Assembly (NCBI GenBank): GCA_028534125.1
Contig: CM052817.1
Coordinates: 50,966,001 to 51,030,000 of the forward strand
Direction: 5' to 3'
Length of the DNA: 64,000 nt
From: Lama glama
Taxonomy: Eukaryota
Below, piece by piece: positions 23,745-35,619 of this stretch. Position numbers and translations under genes: made by a program. The notes under the pieces were generated by a model. The model ran no database searches. It was given only the letters and a program-made list of their open reading frames with translations, and had not been told where the DNA came from. How positions within the stretch are numbered: the first letter of the stretch is position 1; each line of letters opens with the position of its first letter.

Positions 23745-26240
23745 CATAAAAACCTCCCAACAAACAAAAGTACAGGACCAGAAGTCTTCACTGGTGAATT
23801 CTACAAAACACTTAAAGAAGTATTAAGAAAAATCCTTCTCAAACTTTTCCAAAAAGAAAAGAAAATACTTCCAACTCAAGTCAGAAGGGCAGAATTACTT
23901 TGATACCAAAACCAGAGAAGGATGCCACAAGAAAAAAAAAAAATACTGGCCAATATCCCTGATGAACATAGACATAAACAACCTCAACAGAATACTAGCA
24001 AATGAAATGCAATGGTACATCAAAACTGTTATATAGTTTGATCAAGAAGGATTTATTTTAGAGATGAAAGGATGGTTCAAAATCTGAAAATTAATGTGGG
24101 AAATCACATTAATAAATGAAGGATAAAAATTATATAATCATCTCAATAGATGCATAAAAAGCATTTGACAAAAAAATTCACTCATGATAAAAACTCTCAG
24201 TGAAATTGGTATAGAGGCAGTACACCTCAACATAATAAATACCAACTATGATAAGCTCACAGCAAACATCATACTCAATGGTGAAAAGCTGAAAGCTTTT
24301 CTTCTAAGATCAGGAACAAGACAAGGATGCTCACTCTCACCAGTTTTATTCAACATAGTATTGGAACTCCTAGCCAGGGCAATTAGACAAGAAAAGAAAT
24401 AAAAGTCATCCAACTGGAAAGGAAGAAATAAAACTATTATTGGCAGATGACATGATATTACATGTAGAAAACCCTATAAACGCCACCAAAAAATTGTTGG
24501 AACTAATCAAATTCAGTAAAGTTCCATAACATAAAAATCAATATACCGAAGTCTTTTGTATTTCTCTACATTAATAACAAAGTATCAGAAAGAAAATATA
24601 AGAAAACAGTCCCACTTACAATTGCATCAAAAATACTAAAATACATAGGAATAAATTTAACCAAGAAGGTGAAAGAAGATATAACCTATACACTGAAAAC
24701 TGTAAGACATTAGTAAAGGAAATTGAAGAGGAGTAAATGGAAAGAGATTCTGTGCTCACCACGGATTGAAAGAATATTGTTCAAATATCCATACTACCCA
24801 AAGAAATCTACAGATTCAATACAATCTCTATTAAAATACCAAGGGCATTTTTCACAGAACTAGAACAAGTAATTTTAAAATTTCAATGGAAAAACAAAAG
24901 ACCCTGAATAGCCAAAAAAAAAAAAAAAGTCTTGAGAAAGAAGAACCTAGCTGGAGGCACCAGCTATCTGATTTCAAACTATATTATACAGCTACAGTAA
25001 TCAAAACAGTATGGTATTGGCATAAAAAACAGGCACACAGATCAATGAAACTGCACTGAAAGCCCAGAAACCAACCTATATGGCCAATCAAGTCACAAGA
25101 AAAGAGCCAAGAGTATGCAATAGGGAAAGGATATTCTCTTCAATAAATGATGCTGGGAAAACTGGACAGCCACATGTGAAAGAATAAAACTGAATGATAA
25201 TCTTATGCCATACACAAAAACAAACTCAAAATAGATTAAAGACTTGAACATAAAACCTGAAACTTTAAAACTACTAGAAGAAAACACAGGCATTAAACTC
25301 TTTGACTGGTTTTGCTGATGATTTTTTTGGATTTGACACCAAAAAGCAAAGGTAACAAAAGCAAAAATGAACAAGTAGGACTACATTAAGCTAAAAAGTT
25401 TTCACACAGCAAAGAAAATCATCAATAAAATGAAAAGATAACCTAATAGGAAAAATATTTACAAATCATGTATCTATAAGGAGCTAATATGATAAATATA
25501 CAAAGAACTCATACAACTCAGTAGCAAAGAAACCAATCCCATTAAAAAATGGATCCGAATAGACATTTTTCAAAGAAGATACACAGGTGAAAGTTGTTCA
25601 ACATCACTAATCATTAGGAATGAAATGCAAATCAAAACCACAATGAGATAACAATTCATACCTTTTATAATGGCTTTTATCAACAAGAAGAAATAACAAG
25701 TGTTGGCAAGGATGTAGAAAAAGGGAACCCTTGTTCACTGTTGCTAGGAATGTAAATTGGTGCAGCCAATGTGGAAAACCGTACGGGGGTTCTTCAAAAC
25801 ATTAAAAATAGAACTACCAAATGATCTAACAATTCTACTTCTGGGTGTTTATCTGAAGAAAATGAAAAAACTAACTCAAAAAGATACATATCTCCATATT
25901 TACTTCAGCATTATTATTTACAATAGAAAAACATGGAAGCAACCTAAGTGTTCAATGATGGATGGATGGATAAAGAAAATGTGATATATATTCAACCATA
26001 AATGAAGGAAATGTTGCCATTTGTGACAACATGGAATGACCTCCTTAGGGCACTATGCTAAGTGAAATAAGTCAGAGAAAGAAAGACAAGCACCATGTAA
26101 TCTCACTTACCTGTGGAATCTAAAAATAATTAAAAAGACAAAACAAAACAAAAAAATGAGGTAATAGATATAGGGAAAAGATTGATAGAGTTGCCAGAGG
26201 CAGGGTATGGGGATGAGCAAAACTAGTGAAGGTGGTCAAA
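23745..26240 (+). mobile_element. 5'-truncated L1 (L1MA9-like): ORF2 RT to C-terminus plus most of the 3' UTR
   Basis: ORF 24184 '[36 protein letters not shown]'. Degenerate xADDM at about 24440. ORF 25757 '[16 protein letters not shown]...KTWKQPKC'. Many stops and frameshifts. Confidence 0.92.
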
Positions 26241-27429
26241 TATATATATTTTTAAAGCTCCCAAATCCTTTTCTCCAATTTTATTATATTCACTATCCAA
26301 TAAAGTAAGGACTATCATAGAAAAAAAAATTCTTCATCTCCATTTCTGTCCACCTCCCCACACTGTATGCCCTGTTGTAAGAAAATTAAATTAAATTAAC
26401 CAAATTCTCTTCCTCCACTTCAACAAATATGTTACTTACAAACATCCATTCACTTTTCTTACACTAGTCTCTAAATAAGTTCTATGTATGTCAAGATCAT
26501 GTATCTTTTCCTGTGAGAAAAAACCAGACACATTGTCTTCTAGTCATTCATTCTAAGAATCCTTCATATTTAAAAATTGGGGTTTCTAGCATTGGGGATT
26601 GTAGATAGATTTCAAGTTACAAAGTTAAAACTGAGAGTTAAGATGCCCAAAATATGGTACTAACTCATAGATGCTTTTGTTTTGGATCATAAGCCTTGTG
26701 AGAGAGATACTTGTTGAGGATAGCTTATCTCATAGATGGTGAAAGTTATCCTTTCATAAACTGAGATTGTGGAACATGATTGCAAAAGGGTCCAGGAGAT
26801 AGGGCTCTATCCAGAGTAGCATACTGAAGGGGACAAATGAAGATGTACATGAATGTCTGAGAGACTGAACAGCAAGATGTATAGCCTTTATGGTCTATTT
26901 GGATTGGACTGAGTAAATCCAAAATAAATTCAAATTGTATTGTCCCTTCATGAGGACAATGTTATACAAGCCTCTGCTTCTTGGACTACTCTACTGAGGA
27001 GGAGAGCTCTAAAATATGATTAATATGGAATATCCCATCAGCTACATGACAGAAATGGATTTATCCAATATACCAAAAGTAACAGCTATCTGGATATCTG
27101 AAAAATGTTATTTAACTATATTAATCTATTTAGTAAAGAATCTCAAGGAATTTAGACCCTTTATTTATACCCATAATAACTCTATCAAAACATATCAGAA
27201 TGCTTTGAACTGATTCTCATTTCTCCTTATATTTTTTTCACTTCCTTCAAAAGTACACTTAAAACTCTACTTTTAAGGACCAGATTTTTTTGTTTCTACT
27301 TCTTAAATTCTCCCAGAATACTACTGTAGGCATATTCAATATCCTTTTTTTCTCTGCAGTCTCAGTTTTCTGCATTTTAAAAATAATCTTAAGAGCCCCA
27401 ACATTATATTTTCTAATGCCCGATCTTAG

Positions 27430-27947
27430 TGGATTAGGCAAAGTTCTACTGAGAAACAGAACCAATAGGAGATACAAGACTTAAGAAGTACAGATGGATT
27501 ATAAGGTTATTGGCTCACATGATTATGGAGGCTCAGAAGTCCCACAATTTGTCTTCTGCAAGCTGAAGACCCTGAAAAGCCAGTGGTATGGTTTAAAGAT
27601 CTGAGAGTCAGAGAGCTGATAATGCAGATTCCAGTCCTGGTCTGAAGCCTGAGAACTAGCAGAATCAAGGACAGTATAAGATTTCTGGTGCAAGTTCAAA
27701 TAGTCCGGCAGAGAGTGAATGCTTCCTTGGCCTTTTTCGCTCTGTTCAGGCCCTCAAAGGATTGGATGATGCCCACTCACAGCGAGAAGGGCCATCTCCT
27801 TTTACAGTTCACCAATTCAGATGCTAAAAGATGCTCTCTCAGAAACACCCAATAGACACACCTAGAAATAACGTTTAACCAGATGTGTAGGTATCCTGTG
27901 GCGCACTTAAATTGTATCCTGTGGCGCAAAGAAAAGTATCCATCACA
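27430..27947 (-). mobile_element. ERVL solo LTR, MLT2-like
   Basis: GAGAAACAGAACCAATAGGA...TTGGCTCACATGATTATGGAGGCT...GGATTGGATGATGCCCAC...AGAAACACCC...CCATCACA are MLT2 hallmark blocks. Confidence 0.88.
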
Positions 27948-28218
27948 TTCTCATTCTCTCTTTCAAGCCTTAAAGATCAGGGTCCAATGTAGTTAATTTC
28001 AAGTAAATATTTGTTGGTAACAATTCTTGTTCAGCATTTTTATTATACATTCTAACTTACGTTTCTTGACCTCTTAAGTCTGACATTATTTCTCCCTTTG
28101 CTCTACTGAGAGTAAGATCTAACTTCTTCAGGAAGCCTATTTAATTAACCTCACCTGATTCTCAAAATGTCAGTAAAATTTATACCCATTTTTTGCCTTT
28201 GGCTTTTGTTGACATTTT

Positions 28219-28666
28219 TGTTAGTTATCTAAGACTACACTAAGAAAATTACCAAAAACTGGATGGCTTGGCACAATGGAAAGCTATTCTCCATATATGC
28301 TAGAGGCCAGAATATCTAAACTAAGGTGTTGGCAGGGCCAGGCTCCCTCTGAAAGCTCTAGTAAGTTTTGTTTTTTGTTTTTTATTTTTTGGGTTTTTTT
28401 TGCCTCCTCAAGCTTCTAGTGGCCCCAGGAGTTCCTTGGCTTGTGTCTGTATCACTCCAGTAACTGCTCTATTGTCACAAGTCCTTCTTCTTGCTTATGT
28501 CTCTGTCACCCCCTTTATCAGTACAAAATCACTGGATTTAGAACTCACCTTAATCCTTAAATCTTAATTATATCTGCAAAGACCCCCATCCAAATAATGT
28601 CACATTCACAGCTACCAGAACTTAGGACTTGAACATACCTTTTGGGGGAACACAATTCAACACACT
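28219..28666 (-). mobile_element. MaLR solo LTR (MLT1B/C-like)
   Basis: AAGGTGTTGGCAGGGCCAGGCTCCCTCTGAA...ATCTGCAAAGACCC...GTCACATTCACAG...TTTTGGGGGAACACAATTCAA. Confidence 0.88.
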
Positions 28667-28820
28667 GCCTGCAGGTGGAGTTTCCCAGAAAAAGACTGAG
28701 ACACAGGTAGAATGTTTAATGGAGAGTACTCTTTCAATCAAAAGTGATGTGGAGTGAATGAATGACTCAAGACTAGGGAGGGAGAGAATTTGAACTGTGA
28801 TGCAGTTAAAACAGTGGTTA

Positions 28821-29356
28821 TGCTAGGTAGTTAGATAAATGGGCAGACAGGTGGAGGAGAGGGAGGATGGTCTAGAAGATCATGTTATGCCTGCCTCCAG
28901 CATAAAGGGACTTCTAAACTAGTGCCAGCAAAAAAAAAGAAAAAAAAAAAAAAAACCTGGTTAAAATCTGACAGCCATGACTGTGAGGTAGCAGAAAGGA
29001 CTTAATAGGACACAACCAATGCTCATTGTATTATAATTAACACTGCATTTTAGCCCCCCTCCCATGGGTTTTTCTATGTATACCAAGGGTAAGGATATAT
29101 ACAAAGAGGCCAAACATGACTAAGCATTCCAGGGACAAGAGCCATCAATCAACCAAAAGACCACCTCTAAGCAAGGGTATCAGAGAAAGGGGATTCTCCC
29201 TTGGATCAGCCTGCCTCCTATTCTTGGGGGTGTACTTTTCCTTTCTTTTTAAATAAATTAAAAAAAAAAATCTCTTGCTACACAACGCACCATCTCCCAA
29301 CTGTAAACTTGTCTTTCGGGTATGACAAGATCAGGGTCTTTACCTTTGGGGTAATA
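28821..29356 (+). mobile_element. ERV1-type solo LTR inserted in the LTR16-like LTR
   Basis: Starts TGCTAGGTAG and ends GGGGTAATA (decayed CA). Near-TSD GTTA (28817-20) / GTCA (29357-60). CCAAT at about 29017 and AATAAA at about 29252. Confidence 0.72.
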
Positions 29357-30344
29357 GTCAGCTGTGAAACTCTGGAAGAGAATGATCCTACAGAATTATC
29401 CCACATTGTACTAAGAGACCACATCTTTTTTTATGCTGATTTAACAGTCATTGCATATGAGTTGCCTCTGGGGATTAGACTGACAATTAAGTAAATCAGT
29501 TCCCAAAGAGGGATTGGCTGACAACTGCCAGCTACCAGCACACCCAGGAGTTAAGGAAATGAATGCTTCAATTCTGAGGCAAAGGTGAAGACAAAAGCGG
29601 TAGGGTGATCCAGTCCAATCCACCCCATACCACTGGATCTACATTGTTTTGTAACATAAGTACCAGACAGAGCTAATCCAAGATTCTGGTGGGTCTCTTC
29701 ATTAGGAGAATTTACAAGGTTTATGAATAAAGTATATGTCATTATAGCTGGTCTTAAGGCCACAAATGATGCATGCCATTTCCCTCCCTCTACTACTCAT
29801 TAATAGAGTCCCTAGACCCTCAGCTAGCTCCTCTGCTGGCCTGCATGGCTTTTCTTTCGGGGTTACGCGGATTCTCATTTCAACATTTGAACCATTAGTC
29901 ACCGTGCTATTTCCTTTCCCACACAAACTGAGCAAGGAAATACAAAAAGATGCTCAAGTGAATTATTTAGGTGTCAAAGAAGTTCTTCACTGTGCCACTG
30001 TCTAAAAGCTGCTCTATCTCAACTTGATAATCATAGTTCCTCTGCCAAAATGCTGCACCCCCTCTTTGCCCACTGCTCTATTAGCACAGTAAGCCCATTA
30101 TATCTGAAAAATATTGAAACTTAAAGTTTAATGGGATTCTTAATGTATTCCCCTGAAGAGTTTTCCCACTCAGAATCAGAGAAGCAGGCATAGAAATCAT
30201 GATTTCTCAAAGTGAGTCATTGAGAGGAATAGTAAATAGGGTCATTCCTATTTCTACACCCAAACCCAACACACATACTGGTAATTAATTCGGAGGTCTG
30301 TACTCTATCTTTAAGGATAGCATGTCATCCTTGCAGGCTAATTT

Positions 30345-30860
30345 TGTAATAGGGAAGAACAAATCTGACTCCTTATTAGATCTATTCCTTTAGCTCTAAC
30401 CGTGTGCTCTGTCTCCTGTGCTTAATCATGCAGGTTCTGTACCTTTTGCAAAATAATGTTGCCTATAGCCTAAAATATACAGGATAGCCCATTCTCAAGG
30501 CTCTGAACTTTAAGGGTATTAACACTTTCTCATTCATAGAAAGATAAAAAGTTGTAGAACAGAGAATAACATTGTCTTCGAGATTTACAGGAACATCAGA
30601 ACTGACCTACATGGACATTTGCAATTACAAAGGATTCTGACACTATGAAGTTTGCAACAACCAGCCACATCCCCTCCCCCTTTAAGTATAAAAGAAGCCT
30701 GAATTCTGACTTGGGTAAGATGTTTCTCCAGGACATTAGTCTGCCATCTTCTCGGTCTGCTGGTTTTTCAAATAAAGTCATTATTCCTTGCCCCAACGCC
30801 TCATCTCCCGATTTATTGGCCTGTCATGTAGTGAGCAGAACCAGTTTGGACTTGGTAACA
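30345..30860 (+). mobile_element. ERV1 solo LTR (MER41-related, laurasiatherian type), 516 bp
   Basis: Termini TGTAAT...GGTAACA. Near-TSD ATTT/ATAT. TATAAAA at about 30687 and AATAAA at about 30771. The 5' TGACTCC block resembles MER41-group LTRs. Confidence 0.85.
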
Positions 30861-31825
30861 ATATCTCCAGGCAGATTCCTCAACACAGCTTCAAAGCGTG
30901 TTTCTCTCATTCTATCAGGCTGATAGTTTTCTGGGCAGTATAATATGTAATAAAACCACAAGATCCAATTGTCATTTACTAATTGCCACATGTTTTCCTG
31001 TTTAAGAAAACTTTTGTCTGATATAATATTCCTTAGGATCAAACATACACTAAGCCTTTAGATAGTAATGTTGATGGAAGATATGTGGGCAGGATATGAA
31101 CACATATGCTTAGACTATGCATTGATTCCAGTTAAGATGAATTGTTGCCCCATCCAGGATGAGAAGGGCCCAATTTAACAGTGAGTGTAGCTTGACCAGC
31201 CATGGTAAATGCAAGCCTTTGCACCTTTTGCCCAACTTGGTCTACACAAGATGCTTAACATTCAGCTTCTTAGTGATGTTTCTGCCCCTCTCATCAACAG
31301 ATTCCTCAGTCTTTGCTAAGTGGAGTGTTACTGAAGTCCTCTTGGAGAACATATTCATAAGTTTTCCAGTATTACAGAATGTAACCCCTTGAACATTTCT
31401 GTAAGTCTTGATCACTTTTTGCAACATCTGTCAAAGTAACTCTGTCACCTTAATACCTTAATTATATCTTAATTATTGTGGCCCACTTCTTTCTCCAAGC
31501 TTCCAAGAGTCATACTAGAACCATCATCCAGATGTCTTACCAGCAAGGTGTTTCCATGTCAGTACATTCTCCCTTTTCCTCATCCATAATATGACATAGA
31601 TGAAATACCATTCACCTTAAAATAATCCATATTATGTTTCAGTGTCCTTGATCTAGAACCTCAAGATTAAGTTTCATGAATATTATCACAATTCTAGCTG
31701 GTGAATATTGCCAGGTCTTGCAGCTCTTTTAATAGATCCAGACATTTCTGGATCAAGTATGTTGTGACTTTAGCCTTAATTATTGTTCTGGTGATCAAGA
31801 GGGGAAAGGAAGATTTTTAAATTTG

Positions 31826-31827
<2 letters not shown>

Positions 31828-31900
<73 letters not shown>

Positions 31901-31912
31901 TATATATATATA
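31828..31912. repeat. Compound (TA)n(CA)n(TA)n microsatellite
   Basis: Directly visible. Confidence 0.98.
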
Positions 31913-32858
31913 TTTACAAGACAGTCATCACAATGTCTCCAATTAAGGTGAGAAGCATCAGCTTTTAAAAGGAAGATGTGGACAATTTCTCAGACTCGGA
32001 GAGCTGAAGACAATACAGGGATTCTAAATTATTTTAGGCCTCATCTTTTCATACTATGCTTTAAGACCCCATTTCCTCCCAATCTGGACCTTGACCCTGC
32101 TGGGCAGAATTGCCAGGATCTAGAATTCAACCTTCTCCAGAGCTGTGGGAAGCACTGAGAAATGGCTGAAATGGAGAAGTTTTTCAAGCAGTGCTCTATT
32201 CTCAAGATCAGCTCAGTACCTATAGTGGAATAAAGAACGTAAGATTGGATAGTCAAAAAAGAAAAACAAAAAAGCTCTTGGTAGATCCCATAGTGAGCTC
32301 TGGATTTGGGATGGCTTTATAAAGTTGCTTGCACTGAATCTGAATAGGGCAGATGTTAATATCCTGATTAACTGGCCATTTTACATGAACCCTCCCTGGT
32401 AAGGGAGATCTTAGTGAGATGACTTTTCTGTGCAAGGGCAGTTTCTCCAAACGATCTCATCTAAGAACATTCAGCTGCCAATACCAGCAACTGGGAGAAT
32501 AAGTGCTTCCATCTTAAAGGAGGTGGGAGCAGAATCTAGGCAACATACTACATGATCTACAATGGCTTTTACTAGTCTACTTTTGTTAATTTGTTTTAGG
32601 GTATAAGTTATGTAATTAATTTTTACCATAAAACAAACAAATACAATGCTAGAAAAGTTTTATATCTTCAGTAAAACTATTGATATCTTACTACTGAAAC
32701 TCATTGGAAAATTGCTTATTTTTTTTCTTGACAGGTAAGTACATGAAGTTAATTTAAAAACTAAGTAGAACAAAGTTTATATAATTTATCTCATGGAAAA
32801 AAAGAAGAAAAACTACTCAAGGAAAACCAAGATTTCTTTCAAACAGAATTATATATTA

Positions 32859-33046
32859 CAGCCTAGCCTTCAAAAACATGGTTTTGAATTGTGCGTATCC
32901 ACTTTTATGCAAATTTTTTCAATAGTAAATGTTACAATACTAGACAGTCTGTGATTGCTTGAATTCACAATGCAGAAGAATCTTTGATATGGAGGGCCTG
33001 ACTAGAAATTATAGTTAGATCAACCCTCATGTTCTAGGATCAACTG
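32859..33046. mobile_element. Tc1/mariner Tigger2-family MITE (MER8/Tigger2a-like)
   Basis: TA TSDs at 32857-58 and 33047-48. Decayed terminal inverted repeats (CAGCCTAGCCTTCAAAAAC... / ...GTTCTAGGATCAACTG versus recalled consensus CAGTTGACCCTTGAACAAC). Confidence 0.82.
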
Positions 33047-34309
33047 TATGTGTGTGTGTATAAACACATACAATATGTATAAACATGTATATGTATTTAA
33101 TATGTATTACATATGTACAATATTATATATCATGTATGTATTATTTAATATTGCTTATATTTTTTTATTATTTAATGTATCTTATAAATGTTTAAACAAA
33201 AGTTCCAGTAAACAATGTTATTCAAACTCTGATTGCTTTTTCATGATCTGTCTTTAAAGATGGAGGGTGGCAAAAATGAAGTGCCATTCCAGCACAGAAT
33301 AGCTCCTGCTCTTCTCAAGGCATATAGACATTTATTTTCATTTGAAATACTTCCTCTTGATCTTGTTAGCATACTCTAGCTACACCATTTTGATTGTTGG
33401 CAGAAAAACAAACAAACTTGTAGATAAAGCCATCTGTTGACTATTTTCCTTAGGACTTTCTCATTCCTGGTAGTAAACAAAATTTAGGAAAACAAACCAC
33501 AGGAACTGATTTTATTTCAATTGACACATGCACCATGACTTTTTTTTTCCACTGTTATAGAACTAGTTCCAGACACAATCAAACATTGACACTTAGAGGT
33601 GAGGTCCAAACTGCTCAAATTTTGAAGGTGCATGGTAAAACTAAATTTGGGCCAGGAACTTTCCCTGGCGTAGTATTTATACTATGATAGTCTGACTATT
33701 CATTCTTGCCAACTAACAGTTTATTCCAGATCCTGAAATGTTGCCTCATTTGAACTTTGGAAAACATATCCCATTCTTTGTTGCTACTAAATTATAAAAA
33801 AAAAAACTAAATGACTTTGTCTCTTATGGTAAAGCAGTGTGAGGACAATTCAAATTGTACCATTAAATATAAATATAACATATATGATGTAAAAGTGTTA
33901 TATATGTAATAAAATAATGAAGTCTAAGTATTAGAATTCTATTAAATTCTATTTTTTTAATATATGAAAAAACAATCTTGTGAAATCTTATGAAGAGAGC
34001 CATAATTAATAATAAAATGTATGTTTCTGATTTAATTAAAATTGTATTTTTTTTCCTTGGTTAATAAAGAAATGTAAAAAAAATGACCACCTAGAAAATG
34101 AAGATGGGGTGAGACTTGATAAAACTAATATTCTATGCCTTTAAATTTTATGATTTATGGTTGAAAGACAGTTATAGGCTCCACAAAGTACTCTAATAAT
34201 GGCAACTGATGTTTCATATTCAGGGGAAGCAAATTAGATAACCTGAATGTCATTACCTTACAGACACTAAATGGCTCTTTGTAATTTTTAGAAATTAAAA
34301 AATGGGGGT

Positions 34310-35085
34310 CATGGATTCTGCCTTATATGGAATAGCCCCATTCCTCCCAGGTCCTCCTCCTTATAGCTAAAACATCCTGCACAAAAACACAGCAACCAAG
34401 CACAGAAACTCTCTCAAAGGTGGAACAAGGAAGGTGAACTACCTAGGTACCTTAAGACTTGAGGGAGGCAGAGTGGTCAGTCCTCTGGGTTCCTGCTGCC
34501 TCCCATATATTGTGGACAGGAGCTCCAGAAATCTCCAATTAGGAATTGCCAGAAGGCAGCTAAGATGTTATATTACTATGATTCCATTTATATAACATTT
34601 TTGAAAAGATAAAACTATAGAAATGAATGACAACTTAGTGGTTTTCAAGGTAAGCAAGTGAGAAGTAGGAGGATGTAGTGGGTGACAGAAGGGATTTTTA
34701 TGGTGATAGAATTATTCTTTATCTTCACTGTGCAGGTAGATACACATACCCGTGAAATAAAATTGTATGGACATAAACGCATAGTTGTACTCACATACAA
34801 ATGGGTACAAGCAAAAACTGAAGAAATCTCATACATGTGGATTGTTCAATGTCAGTATCTTGATTGTGATATTATGCTGTAATTTTGCAAGATGATACAT
34901 TTGAAGAAGACTGGTTAAAGAGTATATAATATCTTTTTTCTTTTTTTAACATTTTTGCAAATCTATTTTTTTATTGAAGTATAGTTGATTTACAGTGTTG
35001 ATACTTGCAATGTAAGTATCTTTCTCATTTATTATAATTTCAGGTGAATCTACAATGATCTCAAAGTTGAAAAGTTAAGAAATTA
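34310..35085 (+). mobile_element. L1MC/L1MD-like remnant: 5'-end-like piece (about 34310-34560) abutting a 3' UTR (about 34560-35085)
   Basis: 3' UTR hallmarks CTATGATTCCATTTATATAACATT...GATATTATGCTGTAATTTTGCAAGATG...GTGAATCTACAATGATCTCAAA. The 5'-end assignment is less sure. Confidence 0.68.
34937..35016 (-). mobile_element. Tiny L1 3'-end insertion (cetartiodactyl-type terminus)
   Basis: T-run plus TTATTGAAGTATAGTTGATTTACAGTGTTG, flanked by TATCTTT at 34930-36 and 35017-23. Confidence 0.7.
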
Positions 35086-35348
35086 TTTATACATTCTTTA
35101 GTAAAAAATATATAGATAATTTTGGATTAAAAACTATAAAGATAAATTTAATATAAATTTCTACTTTATATCTTCTTAACAGACTAAACTAACATTTCCA
35201 ATGATAGGACACATTACCTTACAAAATAGTTTATTATGTATTAAGTCTATGAGTCACTGTTTCCTTTTTGCAGCATTATTCTACAGATCTTATTCTAATA
35301 TCTAAAAATACACAAAATACTCTAAAAATTCTCCTCTAATTAACATCT

Positions 35349-35468
35349 TTGTGTGTGTGTGTGTGTGGGGTAATTAGCTTTACCTGTTTATTTTGATGGA
35401 GGTACTGAGGATTGAACCTAGGACCTTGTGCATGCAAGGCATGCACTCTACCACCAGTATCCTCCCCA
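35349..35468 (-). mobile_element. tRNA(Ala)-derived SINE, Vic-1-like (camelid)
   Basis: Minus strand reads GGGGAGGATACTGGTGGTAGAGTGCATGCCTTGCATGCACAAGGTCCTAGGTTCAATCCTCAGTACCTCCA, with Pol III B box GGTTCAATCC at 35409-35418. It has a (CA)n/A tail and flanking AACATC repeats at 35342-47 and 35470-75. Confidence 0.88.
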
Positions 35469-35619
35469 CAACATCCAGTTTTTAGATAAAGATCTCCATT
35501 TACTTCAACTGCCCTTAATAAGATATGATTTGCTGATCCTTCATTAAGCTGTTTGACCTCCTTTGACAATACTCCTATTAATTTCTGTTTTTTAAAGGGT
35601 GAATTTCAAAATTCAACAT

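Larger units (their letters stand above)
28669..32561 (-). mobile_element. Degraded ERVL provirus remnant (LTR16-type LTRs, ERV3-16A3-like interior), interrupted by two ERV1 solo LTRs
   Basis: LTR16-like blocks at 28669-28820 plus 29357-29615, and again at about 32255-32561 (shared decayed motifs such as CTCTGGA, CAGCT(A/G)CCA, G(A/G)AAT(G/A)A(A/G)TGCTTC). A purine tract at about 29620-29630 on the minus strand adjoins the 3' LTR. ORF 29702..29935(-) 'RVTPKEKPCRPAEELAEGLG' resembles the ERVL pol C-terminus (WVTPPGKxPRPAEVLAEGKG). Confidence 0.72.

Noticed and set aside
35397..35468. tRNA-Ala gene
   Set aside because: The A-box/D-arm is damaged, and it has a SINE tail and flanking repeats; better explained as a SINE.
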